This document shows, one piece after another, positions 48,901 to 56,891 of a DNA stretch of 64,000 bases. Origin of the DNA: a virus; the IMG/VR virus record IMGVR_UViG_3300034031_000013, positions 11,858 to 75,857 of that record, one strand, 5' to 3'. The position numbers and the translations under genes are program-made. Below the pieces are notes generated by a model. That model was not told the origin of the DNA and ran no database searches. It saw only the letters and a list, made by a program, of their open reading frames with translations. Within the stretch, counting starts at the first letter, position 1, and every line of letters begins with the position of its first letter.

Positions 48901-49054
48901 GATCATCGTTCCAATCCCAAGACAAATATTCTTCGTGGCGATACCATATTTGGTCTGTTTTTTTTAGATGAGAGCCGCGTATGTTTTTGATTTTCGGGAT
49001 AGCAGGCGTAGTATAAATCAAGCCCTCGTAAATATCGAATGTCTGTACAGCCAT
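45917..49054 (-). CDS. terL: Terminase large subunit containing an intein
   Basis: Walker A KGRRIGVS, SKTGGDA, Walker B LLVDE, nuclease GLD and DYDAGMAFG. Confidence 0.92.
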   Translation of the reverse strand: MAVQTFDIYEGLIYTTPAIPKIKNIRGSHLKKTDQIWYRHEEYLSWDWNDDPKQGKVWYVDPIPEQWDWYEAEIDRIMNGEWILINGVPTFFNAFCYFFHQWAITKEGVYPTYKDTSLLFFRFMEIVFSDPRCRGGNVMKGRRIGVSTMSISIMLQFALIKANIEQGIVSKTGGDAEKIFKLMLVNAFASLPPFLKPRISGNDTPAKVLHITKPPERASKDRATSSTRDGLNNKIEWRATSGNVFDGDGLWMLLVDECFDPETKIMVEGYTFKAIKDIKIGDKVVVEGGKLIEVQNTVSGIDDMYRIKQPYSKDYIVSSKHKLYLEQRCNVKSIFDDGIKTMTPEEFINLGKYRKRTTFGLRSSGIDFPEIDNLIDPYVFGAWIGDGIGSNIGFVVNEPEDRELIDYLKEYATKLGYDTSIYQPLNSKKAKCIYFVRHVRTSKSNPLLNELKRLGVYKNKFIPDEYLFNSRENRLQLLAGIIDTDGHCDQRKYSIHICMSREDLIGQICFLARSLGFSTSTPRFKNTNYNTDSYVVSISGDLSIIPTKLNRKQFPAYKQTAKYRRNRIEVIPEGVGKYVGIQLKTENLDDKRLILEDFTLSMNCGKWEEVDINAYLPIALKSIVAGKNVGRLLLITTVNSADKGGSNYKAVWDGSSQLKRDAMGQTEKKLYRLFIPGFMGYEWFVDKFGNSVVETPTPEQTEWLKKDPRCLNAFIGSKEYCDLQRKNKENDPEDYMEEVRMVPYNPEEVFKSANNLCHFNTIDLNNQIERVEEIIKSKGKTPWNDATHKGDENGRRGLFKKPDGGKVEFVDNSEGMWHILELLPFEEANKFAFKGSIKCPDNTSYGAAGLDTFANAKQTVDKGSDACCVIFKRRNALNPHNSGMPVAMFIGRPKTKQEFHNQIFWGLEYYGIRMLAERSPTDWEDYATDEARRLASPIDQKKKFGYLVTTKRADDSEVYGIAPQDTQSREEHLTEMVEYALNNMEKIYFIRILRDMLKFNIKERTDYDAGMAFGYSLMALKEKTKPIQSKQSGIRYIKTYRLGGA
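47246..48283 (-). mobile_element. Intein with LAGLIDADG homing endonuclease (346 aa)
   Basis: Starts CFDPETKI right after DE; blocks PYVFGAWIGDG and LLAGIIDTDGH; ends LEDFTLSMN|C. Confidence 0.92.
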
Positions 49055-49473
49055 TATTTGCCCCCGATTCTTTTCTTAATGATAGCCTCCATTGGGTTCT
49101 CGCCTATCTTTAATCCTGTTACGCTCTTGGTTGGCTCTTCTGACTGGCTTTCGGTTGTTTCCTCCTTTACCTCGGGTATCTTATCAAGCGCACTTACTAC
49201 CTGCTGAAAGTTGTTGATGTGCTGAACTTCCTTAACCATTTTCAGGAATGTATCGACAAGCTTAGAAGAGAGTTCTACTTCTGTTCCATTGGGGTTCTTT
49301 TCCTCGGATGCGATGAGGTCAAGGTCTTTTGAGATTTTCCCTGCCATGTTATCTATTGAGCGGATAAGGAGTTTAACCTTAGCCCCCTGAAAGGATTGCA
49401 GTTCTTTTTCCAACGCCTCGATATATGCGTCTACGGTCTTGTCCTTGCTTCTAATTTGAGAATCTATCAACAT
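49054..49473 (-). CDS. Probable terminase small subunit
   Basis: Helical 139 aa, TAATG-coupled to terL. Confidence 0.45.
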   Translation of the reverse strand: MLIDSQIRSKDKTVDAYIEALEKELQSFQGAKVKLLIRSIDNMAGKISKDLDLIASEEKNPNGTEVELSSKLVDTFLKMVKEVQHINNFQQVVSALDKIPEVKEETTESQSEEPTKSVTGLKIGENPMEAIIKKRIGGK

Positions 49474-49855
49474 AACTTTTCGCTTCGACGCTTAAACCTT
49501 TCTTGTTGTATATCTTGCTCATTTGATTGTCGCAAGCCTTTATAGCCCATTCAGGCAGATTAAAATCCCGCTGAATCTCTTCCCAATCACACCGAGGCAA
49601 TGTCATTTCCAATCGACCTTCCGCCCACATTTTGATATGAAGGTTAACCGACTTCTTGGTTATCATAAGCTTTCGTAAAAGCTCGGGCGTATCGCAGTTG
49701 GTGAGTTTTCCTTGGCTATCCCAATCGAAGAAAGCTCGTTTAACATCTTTATCTCCAACAGCTACTAAATCAACCTGAGAACCGCAGAAATCTAATTTGT
49801 CGATATTGGATAGGTAGAACTCGTAGTCCTGATTGAATCGGATTGAATACTTCAT
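49451..49855 (-). CDS. Hypothetical protein
   Basis: 134 aa in late operon. Confidence 0.6.
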   Translation of the reverse strand: MKYSIRFNQDYEFYLSNIDKLDFCGSQVDLVAVGDKDVKRAFFDWDSQGKLTNCDTPELLRKLMITKKSVNLHIKMWAEGRLEMTLPRCDWEEIQRDFNLPEWAIKACDNQMSKIYNKKGLSVEAKSYVDRFSN

Positions 49856-50715
49856 GCCGTTTCTTTTAATACCGTTCCGTAAACACTATCATCGTCTAGC
49901 AAGCCCTGTACAGTGATAATTACGTTATCTCCGAACTTCTTACCGCCTGACTTTCTTCGAAGCACTGTATCGCCTGATTTGTAGTCTCTTACCCTGCTCC
50001 CTACGGCTAATACTTCGGCTTCGGTATCCCTGCATGTAATGAACATATCAAGGCTTACCTCATTCCCTTTTTTGGGTTCTCCCGCTACTAAAATCCTATC
50101 ATTGGCGGGAATTATTTCACCGTCTACAATAGTTCCCATTACCTCTTTTTCTCTGATTCGGTAGTAGGCTTTTTTATCTATTTCGATCTCGTAAAGGGCG
50201 TGGGATTCCACAAAAACTACATCACCATCATTGAACTCCCCGTTGCCTCTTAAAAGCTTCGCTCTGTCTTTATGCTTGATTGTTCCCATGTAAATACCCG
50301 ACTGTATCAGTTCTTCTTCTATCGGTTCACAAATCAGGTATTCGCCTAGCATATCAAATCCTAACTCATTGAATTTCAGGTAGATATCTTTAGGGTAACA
50401 GCGAAACAGTAGTTCTTTTTCGTGCTTTACGTGAGGCTGTAGCTGATGATCTTTGGTATCCTTGGCAATCTCTCCAAAGAACACCATGTGATGCACGTAG
50501 ACCTTATCTCCGATGCTTAATTTAAGCGGGTTATCATCGGGTATTGCCATGATAAAACCGATCTGACAATTTCTCCTTAATAGGTTGTTTTCAAAGGTTT
50601 TAACGATATGGAGAGGTTCGGGTAGCCCTATATCATACTTCTCCTTGTGTTCAAAATCTCCTTTAATAAGGTAAGTCCCGTTTTGTGACTTTAAGCTCAT
50701 TGAATAATCCTCCAT
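49852..50715 (-). CDS. Tandem GroES-like co-chaperonin
   Basis: IGDKVYVHH; LGEYLICEPI...GDVVF...YEIEIDKKAYYRIREKEVMG; IIPANDRILV...AEVLAVG...KSGDTVL. Confidence 0.7.
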   Translation of the reverse strand: MEDYSMSLKSQNGTYLIKGDFEHKEKYDIGLPEPLHIVKTFENNLLRRNCQIGFIMAIPDDNPLKLSIGDKVYVHHMVFFGEIAKDTKDHQLQPHVKHEKELLFRCYPKDIYLKFNELGFDMLGEYLICEPIEEELIQSGIYMGTIKHKDRAKLLRGNGEFNDGDVVFVESHALYEIEIDKKAYYRIREKEVMGTIVDGEIIPANDRILVAGEPKKGNEVSLDMFITCRDTEAEVLAVGSRVRDYKSGDTVLRRKSGGKKFGDNVIITVQGLLDDDSVYGTVLKETA

Positions 50716-51343
50716 AATAGTTGTTCATTCTGCGCCCCATCGGAGCCTGAATAATTTCTGTGATAAATTCCCTTCCTGTGTCGGTGATGAAATAGAGATT
50801 TCTGCGCTCTATCTGATGCACGTAGCCGAGGGCTGTATATTTTTTGATTGTTCTTGTCCAGTTGCTTGCTACCTCTACTCCGAACCGTCTTTTGATATCG
50901 TCTTTCCTGAATGGGTTGATCTGAACCCCTGCAATCAGAATTAGAAAGGCGGCATAGTCTATTTTTCCTTCGTCCTCGTACTGCTTGAATGAAATGATTG
51001 CCCTTGCCATTATCTCACACTTTTCAGGTGCTTGCCAGTCCGCCCATCTGCTTAGTGGTTGAGAAAAGAATCTGTCGTACCTGCTTAGTACCATCAAGTC
51101 TTTTCTGGCAGCTTGATATTTTAGTGAAATCTTGCGCCTCCTGTTCCACTCCAATCTCCACCTGTTATGCACCTTATCCACCGATGCCTTGCGCTTATCT
51201 GAAAGGTTTCTTGCCAGTGTAGCAAGCCTTCTCAATTCGATATTTTCCTTGCGTAATTCGAAGATCATTTCCTTCATTTCCGCAACGGCTTTTAGCGTTG
51301 ATGGCGTGGCATAACTTGTGATCTGTGGTATTTTCTTTTGCAT
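50663..51343 (-). CDS. Coiled-coil plus C-terminal MarR-like winged-helix protein
   Basis: TIKKYTALGYVHQIERRNLYFITDTGREFI wing motif. Confidence 0.6.
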   Translation of the reverse strand: MQKKIPQITSYATPSTLKAVAEMKEMIFELRKENIELRRLATLARNLSDKRKASVDKVHNRWRLEWNRRRKISLKYQAARKDLMVLSRYDRFFSQPLSRWADWQAPEKCEIMARAIISFKQYEDEGKIDYAAFLILIAGVQINPFRKDDIKRRFGVEVASNWTRTIKKYTALGYVHQIERRNLYFITDTGREFITEIIQAPMGRRMNNYYGGLFNELKVTKRDLPY

Positions 51344-51467
51344 AATCAGCAATAAGCAGTTAATACACCCTCTCTCGCTTCCATATCTTCGATACAGCGA
51401 ACTTTATTTCCAAAGACAACCAAATTACTGTCCAAGAAAAATAATTCGTTAGAGGGCTTTAAAATGC

Positions 51468-51588
51468 GTTACTTCTTTTTGGTGATTGAGGGGAATTTCT
51501 TTTTCATGCCTGCCGAGGCGACGGGCTTTCCCTTTGCGGCGATGGTTGCCGCAATTTTAGGTTTTTTTGTTTCTCTTTCCTTTGCCAT
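51468..51588 (-). CDS. Small Lys-rich protein (39 aa)
   Basis: MAKERETKKPKIAATIAAKGKPVASAGMKKKFPSITKKK*, directly after the first late promoter. Confidence 0.5.
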
Positions 51589-51611
51589 GTTGTTTACAAT
51601 GTTTGTACAAA

Positions 51612-51646
51612 CAAATTTAATCGTTTGTACAAAGCACTTTTCGTAA
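51612..51646 (-). promoter_or_regulatory. First late promoter, flanked by TTGTACAA palindromes
   Basis: TTACG-AAAA-GTGCT-N13-TAAATTTG; TTGTACAA at 51603 and 51625. Confidence 0.6.
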
Positions 51647-51647
51647 A

Positions 51648-51983
51648 CTAGGCGGTTGCGGCAAACAGGTCGTATTGGTTTACGATCAGTTGGAGTTTCT
51701 TTTTTGGAAGGACAGGTTCGGCTTTATTGACAATCGGCATCCTGTAATCCATCGTTGATGGTATCTCCTGAATCTTCATCGCATATTGTATATCAGCGAT
51801 GTTTGACCGCTTCCATTGCCCGTAACAGCGTATCATCGCCTCTTTGGTTCTAGCGGCGGCTTCTTTCTGCATGGTGATTAGGATAAATCGAATGTCGTCC
51901 TGATAGCCTACGTTGTAATTCTCGATGGCTCTTTTGAAGGCGGGGTGCTTTAGCGCGTAGTCGGTTTGCTCTGTGATTGTCAT
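51648..51983 (-). CDS. Hypothetical protein
   Basis: Likely ATG at 51983 (MTITEQ). Confidence 0.6.
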   Translation of the reverse strand: MTITEQTDYALKHPAFKRAIENYNVGYQDDIRFILITMQKEAAARTKEAMIRCYGQWKRSNIADIQYAMKIQEIPSTMDYRMPIVNKAEPVLPKKKLQLIVNQYDLFAATA

Positions 51984-52053
51984 TGTAGAGATTTGTTTTA
52001 CAAAGATTACAATATTGTTGGACTTTTTCAAGTATTTGAAAATAAATACATTG

Positions 52054-52269
52054 TTAATTTTTCTGCCACAGGTTAAATGATAACTGATTTAGAATATCTT
52101 TCTCGTTTGTTGTGAAATCTGGCTTGTCTCCATTGATGTATTCCATCGTGTAAATCGCTGTTGTTAGCTTCGTCTTCTTCCCGTTTAAGCTACTATGAGT
52201 TGTGATTTCCTTGATTCTAATCGGTGAATGCGGGAATAATGTTCTTTGCAATACATCCGCTACGTTCAT
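52054..52269 (-). CDS. Hypothetical protein
   Basis: 71 aa, ATGA overlap. Confidence 0.55.
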   Translation of the reverse strand: MNVADVLQRTLFPHSPIRIKEITTHSSLNGKKTKLTTAIYTMEYINGDKPDFTTNEKDILNQLSFNLWQKN

Positions 52270-52487
52270 ATTTCTTCTTTGAACTTTGGTATTCTCTTGA
52301 AAATCTTATAGTCGTTACTAAACTGCCCTTCGTGGTGGCAGTCTATCCACATCTTGCAGCACTGGATGAATAAACTTGGATTTCTAGGTGCTAGTTTAGC
52401 GATGGTTAACTTACCGTTGGTTTGTAATTCTTCGATTAAATCCCAAACGTGTTTTAGTTGCGAATCCGTAGGCCATGCTGCTTCCAT
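52266..52487 (-). CDS. Hypothetical protein
   Basis: 73 aa, coupled. Confidence 0.55.
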   Translation of the reverse strand: MEAAWPTDSQLKHVWDLIEELQTNGKLTIAKLAPRNPSLFIQCCKMWIDCHHEGQFSNDYKIFKRIPKFKEEI

Positions 52488-52852
52488 TAAACCTGCTCGA
52501 AGTTTTCTAAAGCTTCTAACTTTCGTTTCAAATCTCCTAGCTCGTCAGCCATTTTCATCATTCTCGAATTATTGTCTGCCAGGATCAGTTTGATTTTCCT
52601 ATTCCTCTCGTTTATGTTTGACATATCATCGTAGATGGATTTAAGAATATCTATTCGCTCCTGCGTTAGCTTACTCTTTTCAGTCTTTCCCTTGTTCATC
52701 TCAAACTGAATCAACTCACTTTCCATAGCGCACAGCACACCCGACATTACTAGCAAGGCCCGTAATGGGTTTAGCTCATCGTCGTGGTGCGCCGCGTATG
52801 CTTCCGCTTCTAGGCGATACTTTTCTGATAATTCTTTGTAGTCTAATTTCAT
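52487..52852 (-). CDS. Coiled-coil protein downstream of helicase
   Basis: 121 aa, coupled. Confidence 0.6.
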   Translation of the reverse strand: MKLDYKELSEKYRLEAEAYAAHHDDELNPLRALLVMSGVLCAMESELIQFEMNKGKTEKSKLTQERIDILKSIYDDMSNINERNRKIKLILADNNSRMMKMADELGDLKRKLEALENFEQV

Positions 52853-53868
52853 CAGAATCCTAGGTCTATTTCGGTAGCTACGGTATTGATGAGACTCTGG
52901 TCTGTAGGGATTATTTCTTCTTCTACCTTCTGTGGAATAGACTCATACTCGTAGGCGTAATACTTTTTGTCATCAATCATCTCGTAATACCTATTTGTTT
53001 TCCAATCGAAAAATAAGTGAGCAAATCCAAGCTTGCCAACGCCTTTAGGTTTTGCCTTAAGGATTTTAACCATCGCCTCATTTTCCGCGTATGGTAGGCT
53101 TGTAACTGGATTTATAGCCCCATTTTCTGGCTTCCATAATCCAATTACATTAAATGCTCTCCTAGACCATACCTGCCCGCCTGCGAAAGCTTGCAGGGTG
53201 GGTACTGCTGTACAGATAACCTTCTTCCCAAAAGTGCTTTTAAGTTCAAATACAGGCATCTCCTTAGCGTGGGTTACAATGAAATTGTGCCAATTGTATT
53301 TTTTTGCTGTTGCCCGAACTTTCCTTAAAGACCATGCTAAATACTTATCTTCTCGGCCCCCATGAGCTGTTAAATCTTCGTCCAAATCATTCCAAGGATC
53401 AATAGAGGTAGTGTTTAGCTTGATTTTGTTGTCGGTCTCTATCTTCAAGCAATCCTCGTAGAAGTTCTCGATTGAATAATCTTTTTCGTCGTTATCCATC
53501 ACATAGAAATATTGTGACAAATCATTCATGGCTTGATGTAACTGTTTTTCGGTTGGCGATCCGTAGGAGGATTTAAAAAATTGGCTTCTAAGGTATTTTG
53601 AAACCAATTCGCCTATTACGTCCTCAACCCCACCAATTTCAGGGGACATTAAGGCATGCTTCCATTTGTGTTTTTCCGTCATGTTAAACAGAATCTCCAA
53701 GTGAAACTCTGTTTTTCCGGCGCGGGGAAAACCCAAAAGATATGTTGTGTATTTAGGTTTAAATGTTATTAATTCCTTAAGACATTTAAATCCTAATTCT
53801 TTTCCCCTTAGTTGCCCTGTAGCGTAGTGGTTAACAACTCTTTCTGAGTAGTCTAATAAATTGCTCAT
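52852..53868 (-). CDS. SF4 (DnaB/Twinkle-like) replicative helicase
   Basis: Walker A GFPRAGKTEF, IDPWN, IVTHAK, KAKPKGVG; likely ATG at 53868. Confidence 0.85.
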   Translation of the reverse strand: MSNLLDYSERVVNHYATGQLRGKELGFKCLKELITFKPKYTTYLLGFPRAGKTEFHLEILFNMTEKHKWKHALMSPEIGGVEDVIGELVSKYLRSQFFKSSYGSPTEKQLHQAMNDLSQYFYVMDNDEKDYSIENFYEDCLKIETDNKIKLNTTSIDPWNDLDEDLTAHGGREDKYLAWSLRKVRATAKKYNWHNFIVTHAKEMPVFELKSTFGKKVICTAVPTLQAFAGGQVWSRRAFNVIGLWKPENGAINPVTSLPYAENEAMVKILKAKPKGVGKLGFAHLFFDWKTNRYYEMIDDKKYYAYEYESIPQKVEEEIIPTDQSLINTVATEIDLGF

Positions 53869-53869
53869 G

Positions 53870-54583
53870 TTATCCGTAAATTGATTCTGCTGTACCTTCT
53901 TGAATTTTTTGGTCTTTACCGCTCTTTGGTGTAAATAAATCATCGCCAATTATTTCATCGTTCCATGATTTGTTATTTAGAAATGTTAATGGGTCTTTAC
54001 GGTATTTTTTGCTTGGCTGAGACTCAATGTATTTTGGTATATACCCCTGAATTAGTTCTCGCTCTTCGTTTGATAATTTATTCCATTTGGATTCTATCTT
54101 TTCCTTATCTCCTACCTTCTTATCGTATAAATCCCAGAATACACTAAAAGATATATTTATATATCTAATAGAAGATGAAGAAGAAGAGGTTTCGTTTGGG
54201 TTATGGTTTGGGTTTTGTTTGGGTTTTGTTTGGGTTATGGTTTGGGTTTCTATTTTCTTAGGTCTTCCGCCTTTAGACCCATTTAAACGCTGTTTTACCC
54301 TAAAAGCCTCTTGTTCTTCGCGAGTTTTCTCTAATCTGGGGTTCTGTATGAATTCACCATTATTTACAGAAAACTTGAAACCCAAAAAAACCCAAGCCTT
54401 TTTAAATGTTAAAATATCGCATCCTGCTATACGTGAGAGGCGATTTTCATCACTTGGCAAGTGTCCTTTATCCCATTGATAACATAGTAATCGCATGTAA
54501 ATACCAACCTCTTCTGCGCTCAAATCTTGAGTGCCTGCAATGAAGTCATTAGCGTAAAATTGAAATGCTGGTGCTGTTGCCAT
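53870..54583 (-). CDS. Replication initiator (DUF1376/YdaU family)
   Basis: PAFQFYANDF...LSAEEVGIYMRLLCYQW; C-terminal FWDLYDKKVG...DPLTFLNNKSWNDE. Confidence 0.85.
   Translation of the reverse strand: MATAPAFQFYANDFIAGTQDLSAEEVGIYMRLLCYQWDKGHLPSDENRLSRIAGCDILTFKKAWVFLGFKFSVNNGEFIQNPRLEKTREEQEAFRVKQRLNGSKGGRPKKIETQTITQTKPKQNPNHNPNETSSSSSSIRYINISFSVFWDLYDKKVGDKEKIESKWNKLSNEERELIQGYIPKYIESQPSKKYRKDPLTFLNNKSWNDEIIGDDLFTPKSGKDQKIQEGTAESIYG
54146..54250. repeat. Replication origin: five GTTTGGGTT iterons plus AT-rich segment
   Basis: Copies at 54194, 54206, 54217, 54228, 54240; AT-rich AGATATATTTATATATCT nearby. Confidence 0.75.
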
Positions 54584-54585
54584 GC

Positions 54586-54828
54586 TTAGAAATTAGCTAC
54601 GTCACCAAATGTATTTCTTTGAATTGTCGATACTCGCTCAAGGATAGCATCAGCTGCATCGCTGATTTTCGCTTTCAAATTATCATAGGATTTAGCGTCT
54701 TCATGGCTAGTGACACCCATGTATCCAACGTGTTGATATTTCCCTTCAAATTCTTTAACTAACCATGCCTCCATAGTTATTAATTCAGTAATTGATAGGT
54801 CTGCAAATGTTTTTTCTGTTTGTTCCAT
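54586..54828 (-). CDS. Hypothetical protein
   Basis: 80 aa ORF. Confidence 0.6.
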   Translation of the reverse strand: MEQTEKTFADLSITELITMEAWLVKEFEGKYQHVGYMGVTSHEDAKSYDNLKAKISDAADAILERVSTIQRNTFGDVANF

Positions 54829-55032
54829 GTTTTGTGGTTTAATCTGTTATAAAAATGTTATTCACTCTCTTGTAGAATTCCTCGTTTAGTACATCAAGGC
54901 AGTCTACATCATCCTTAGCGCAAAAGGTATTACACTGCCTCTGGTAGTACTCTTTTAGCGCAGACAGGTCGGCAATACTTAGAGCCGCCAAGCCCTCGTA
55001 ATTAATTTCGATACTCATAATGATTGCAGGTT

Positions 55033-55242
55033 TTAGGATTTCTTTCTACCCTTTGGTTTGTAAATAACAAGGGTGGTGATGTCTACGAAGGTTACACCGT
55101 CGATCTCAAGCTGTTTAAGGCGATTGCTTCTGATGTAGTTGTAGATGGTTGATCGGGTTCTTCCGATGCTTTTAGCGAAGTTCTGAACGGTCATCAAATT
55201 TTCAATGACAATTTCAATTTTAGGTTCGTGTTTGATTATCAT
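55033..55242 (-). CDS. Xis/MerR-like helix-turn-helix DNA-binding protein
   Basis: LMTVQNFAKSIGRTRSTIYNYIRSNRL; likely ATG at 55242 after TATATTTG. Confidence 0.8.
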   Translation of the reverse strand: MIIKHEPKIEIVIENLMTVQNFAKSIGRTRSTIYNYIRSNRLKQLEIDGVTFVDITTLVIYKPKGRKKS

Positions 55243-55453
55243 GTTCCAAATATACAAACTTGTAAACACATTGTACAACATTGTAACAATATATTTTTTA
55301 ATTATTTAACTTGTAAAATTTAGGGCATAAAACAAGGGTAGGTTAACCACTACCTACCCTTACAAGACTTGCAATCTTATGATAATCTTCAAACCGATTT
55401 GGGTATCTGATTTGATACTTCAAAGATAAGAAGATTTTGCTAGTATTTTTAGC

Positions 55454-56026
55454 TTATGCAGCTTCTTCTTGTTCTTCAAACATTGCCATCTGCTGTATTT
55501 TGCTTAAAGTTTTTCCTTTTAGCCACTCTTCAATCTCATGCTGTAGCGTATCAATTTGAGTGTCGATGATAGAAGCTAAGGCATATCGGTTGTTCTCGCT
55601 TCTATCGAGGTTAATAACAGGCGTTTCGATCTTTACCTTGAACTCTTTATCGGTTTTGGTAGTAGACTTGTATCCGTAGATTTTAACAGCATCTAAAGCC
55701 TCTGTGCCGATGAAATCAATCTGCGTAATAGTCAGGTTATCAAACCGCTCGTCGTCGTTGAAATGATGATCTGCAAACCATGTTTGATAATCCATATCCA
55801 CGTTTAACTTAATTGATTCGTCGATAAGCTCCGAGGCGAACATTAAATGCGGTTTAAGGGATTCAATGGCATAATCAAGCTCTTTAGAAAGGTATTGGTT
55901 ACTTTCCTTAGTCCACTTAACATCAAAGGAATTACCCTCTTTGTTGGCTTCTGCTTGGCTGTAGTTTAACTTTACGAGTGTTTTCTTGCCCTTTTTCTTT
56001 AGGGCGATTCTGTGGTAAGTTTGCAT
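55454..56026 (-). CDS. Conserved Bacteroidota prophage hypothetical protein
   Basis: 190 aa acidic ORF. Confidence 0.65.
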   Translation of the reverse strand: MQTYHRIALKKKGKKTLVKLNYSQAEANKEGNSFDVKWTKESNQYLSKELDYAIESLKPHLMFASELIDESIKLNVDMDYQTWFADHHFNDDERFDNLTITQIDFIGTEALDAVKIYGYKSTTKTDKEFKVKIETPVINLDRSENNRYALASIIDTQIDTLQHEIEEWLKGKTLSKIQQMAMFEEQEEAA

Positions 56027-56047
56027 GAATTTTTAATTTAGTTTATA

Positions 56048-56506
56048 TTAATTTTTGAATTTGATTTCGCGTTGCTCCTCGGGCATTTCTAGGTAAATGC
56101 CAAAATCCTGTGCGAACATTCTTATCTGCTCGCAAAAGGTCGCCATCTCAATAGTCGTAAGCTTAGAAGTATCTTTCACGTACTCCATAACCTCGCCTGT
56201 CACGGGGTTGCACATGATATCCCCGTTTCTATCGAGGTTGGGAACGGTTAAGAACTTCTTTTTCAGGATTTCTTTAATTCGCTCCATATCATCGCCAGTG
56301 TTATCGGCTATCTCTTGTAGGTAACAGTGCATTAAAGCGTTTTGAGAGAGGCTACGGGTCTTGTAATAGGTTTCTATTGATATCCAAACCCTCGCTCCAT
56401 GCTTAAAGTCTTTTATATCGTTCTGAAATGACTTCAACGAGCTAAAATCCAGCTTCGGAACCTCGGAGGAGGTTAGGTTTATATATGCCAAACACTTTCT
56501 TTTCAT
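56048..56506 (-). CDS. NinB-like recombination protein
   Basis: RSLSQNALMH...TSKLTTIEMATFCEQI. Confidence 0.75.
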   Translation of the reverse strand: MKRKCLAYINLTSSEVPKLDFSSLKSFQNDIKDFKHGARVWISIETYYKTRSLSQNALMHCYLQEIADNTGDDMERIKEILKKKFLTVPNLDRNGDIMCNPVTGEVMEYVKDTSKLTTIEMATFCEQIRMFAQDFGIYLEMPEEQREIKFKN

Positions 56507-56518
56507 AAACGAGCGATT

Positions 56519-56770
56519 TTAAAGCGATTTAAGCCACTGTTTAATTGAAATGAACCATTGACCTATCTTTTTAGGAAAACTCGCCTTATGGGGCTGAAAA
56601 TAAGCCGCAGGTATAGTGGAGATATATAAGTCAATCCCAAAACTCCCGTACCTGGAATAGAAGTAAACCAGGTTATCATAATGCGCCTGTCCTGTATAGG
56701 GTAATTCCCTTGCGATGCCTTTTAAATCCTGCTCAACGAGCTTGGATATTTTATGAAGATTTTCTGCCAT
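56519..56770 (-). CDS. Hypothetical protein
   Basis: First gene of leftward early operon. Confidence 0.6.
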   Translation of the reverse strand: MAENLHKISKLVEQDLKGIARELPYTGQAHYDNLVYFYSRYGSFGIDLYISTIPAAYFQPHKASFPKKIGQWFISIKQWLKSL

Positions 56771-56891
56771 TTGTGGTTATTCTTTATTGTGATTCAAATA
56801 TACGCAAACATTGTAAACAATTTGTAAATAGTTCTTGCAAGTTTGTATTACAATATTGTATCTTTGATTTGTAATCACAACCCAACAAACA
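56771..56891. promoter_or_regulatory. Divergent early promoter region
   Basis: TATATTTG (-) at 56795-56802 and TATCTTTG (+) at 56859-56866, with TTGTA repeats between them. Confidence 0.7.
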
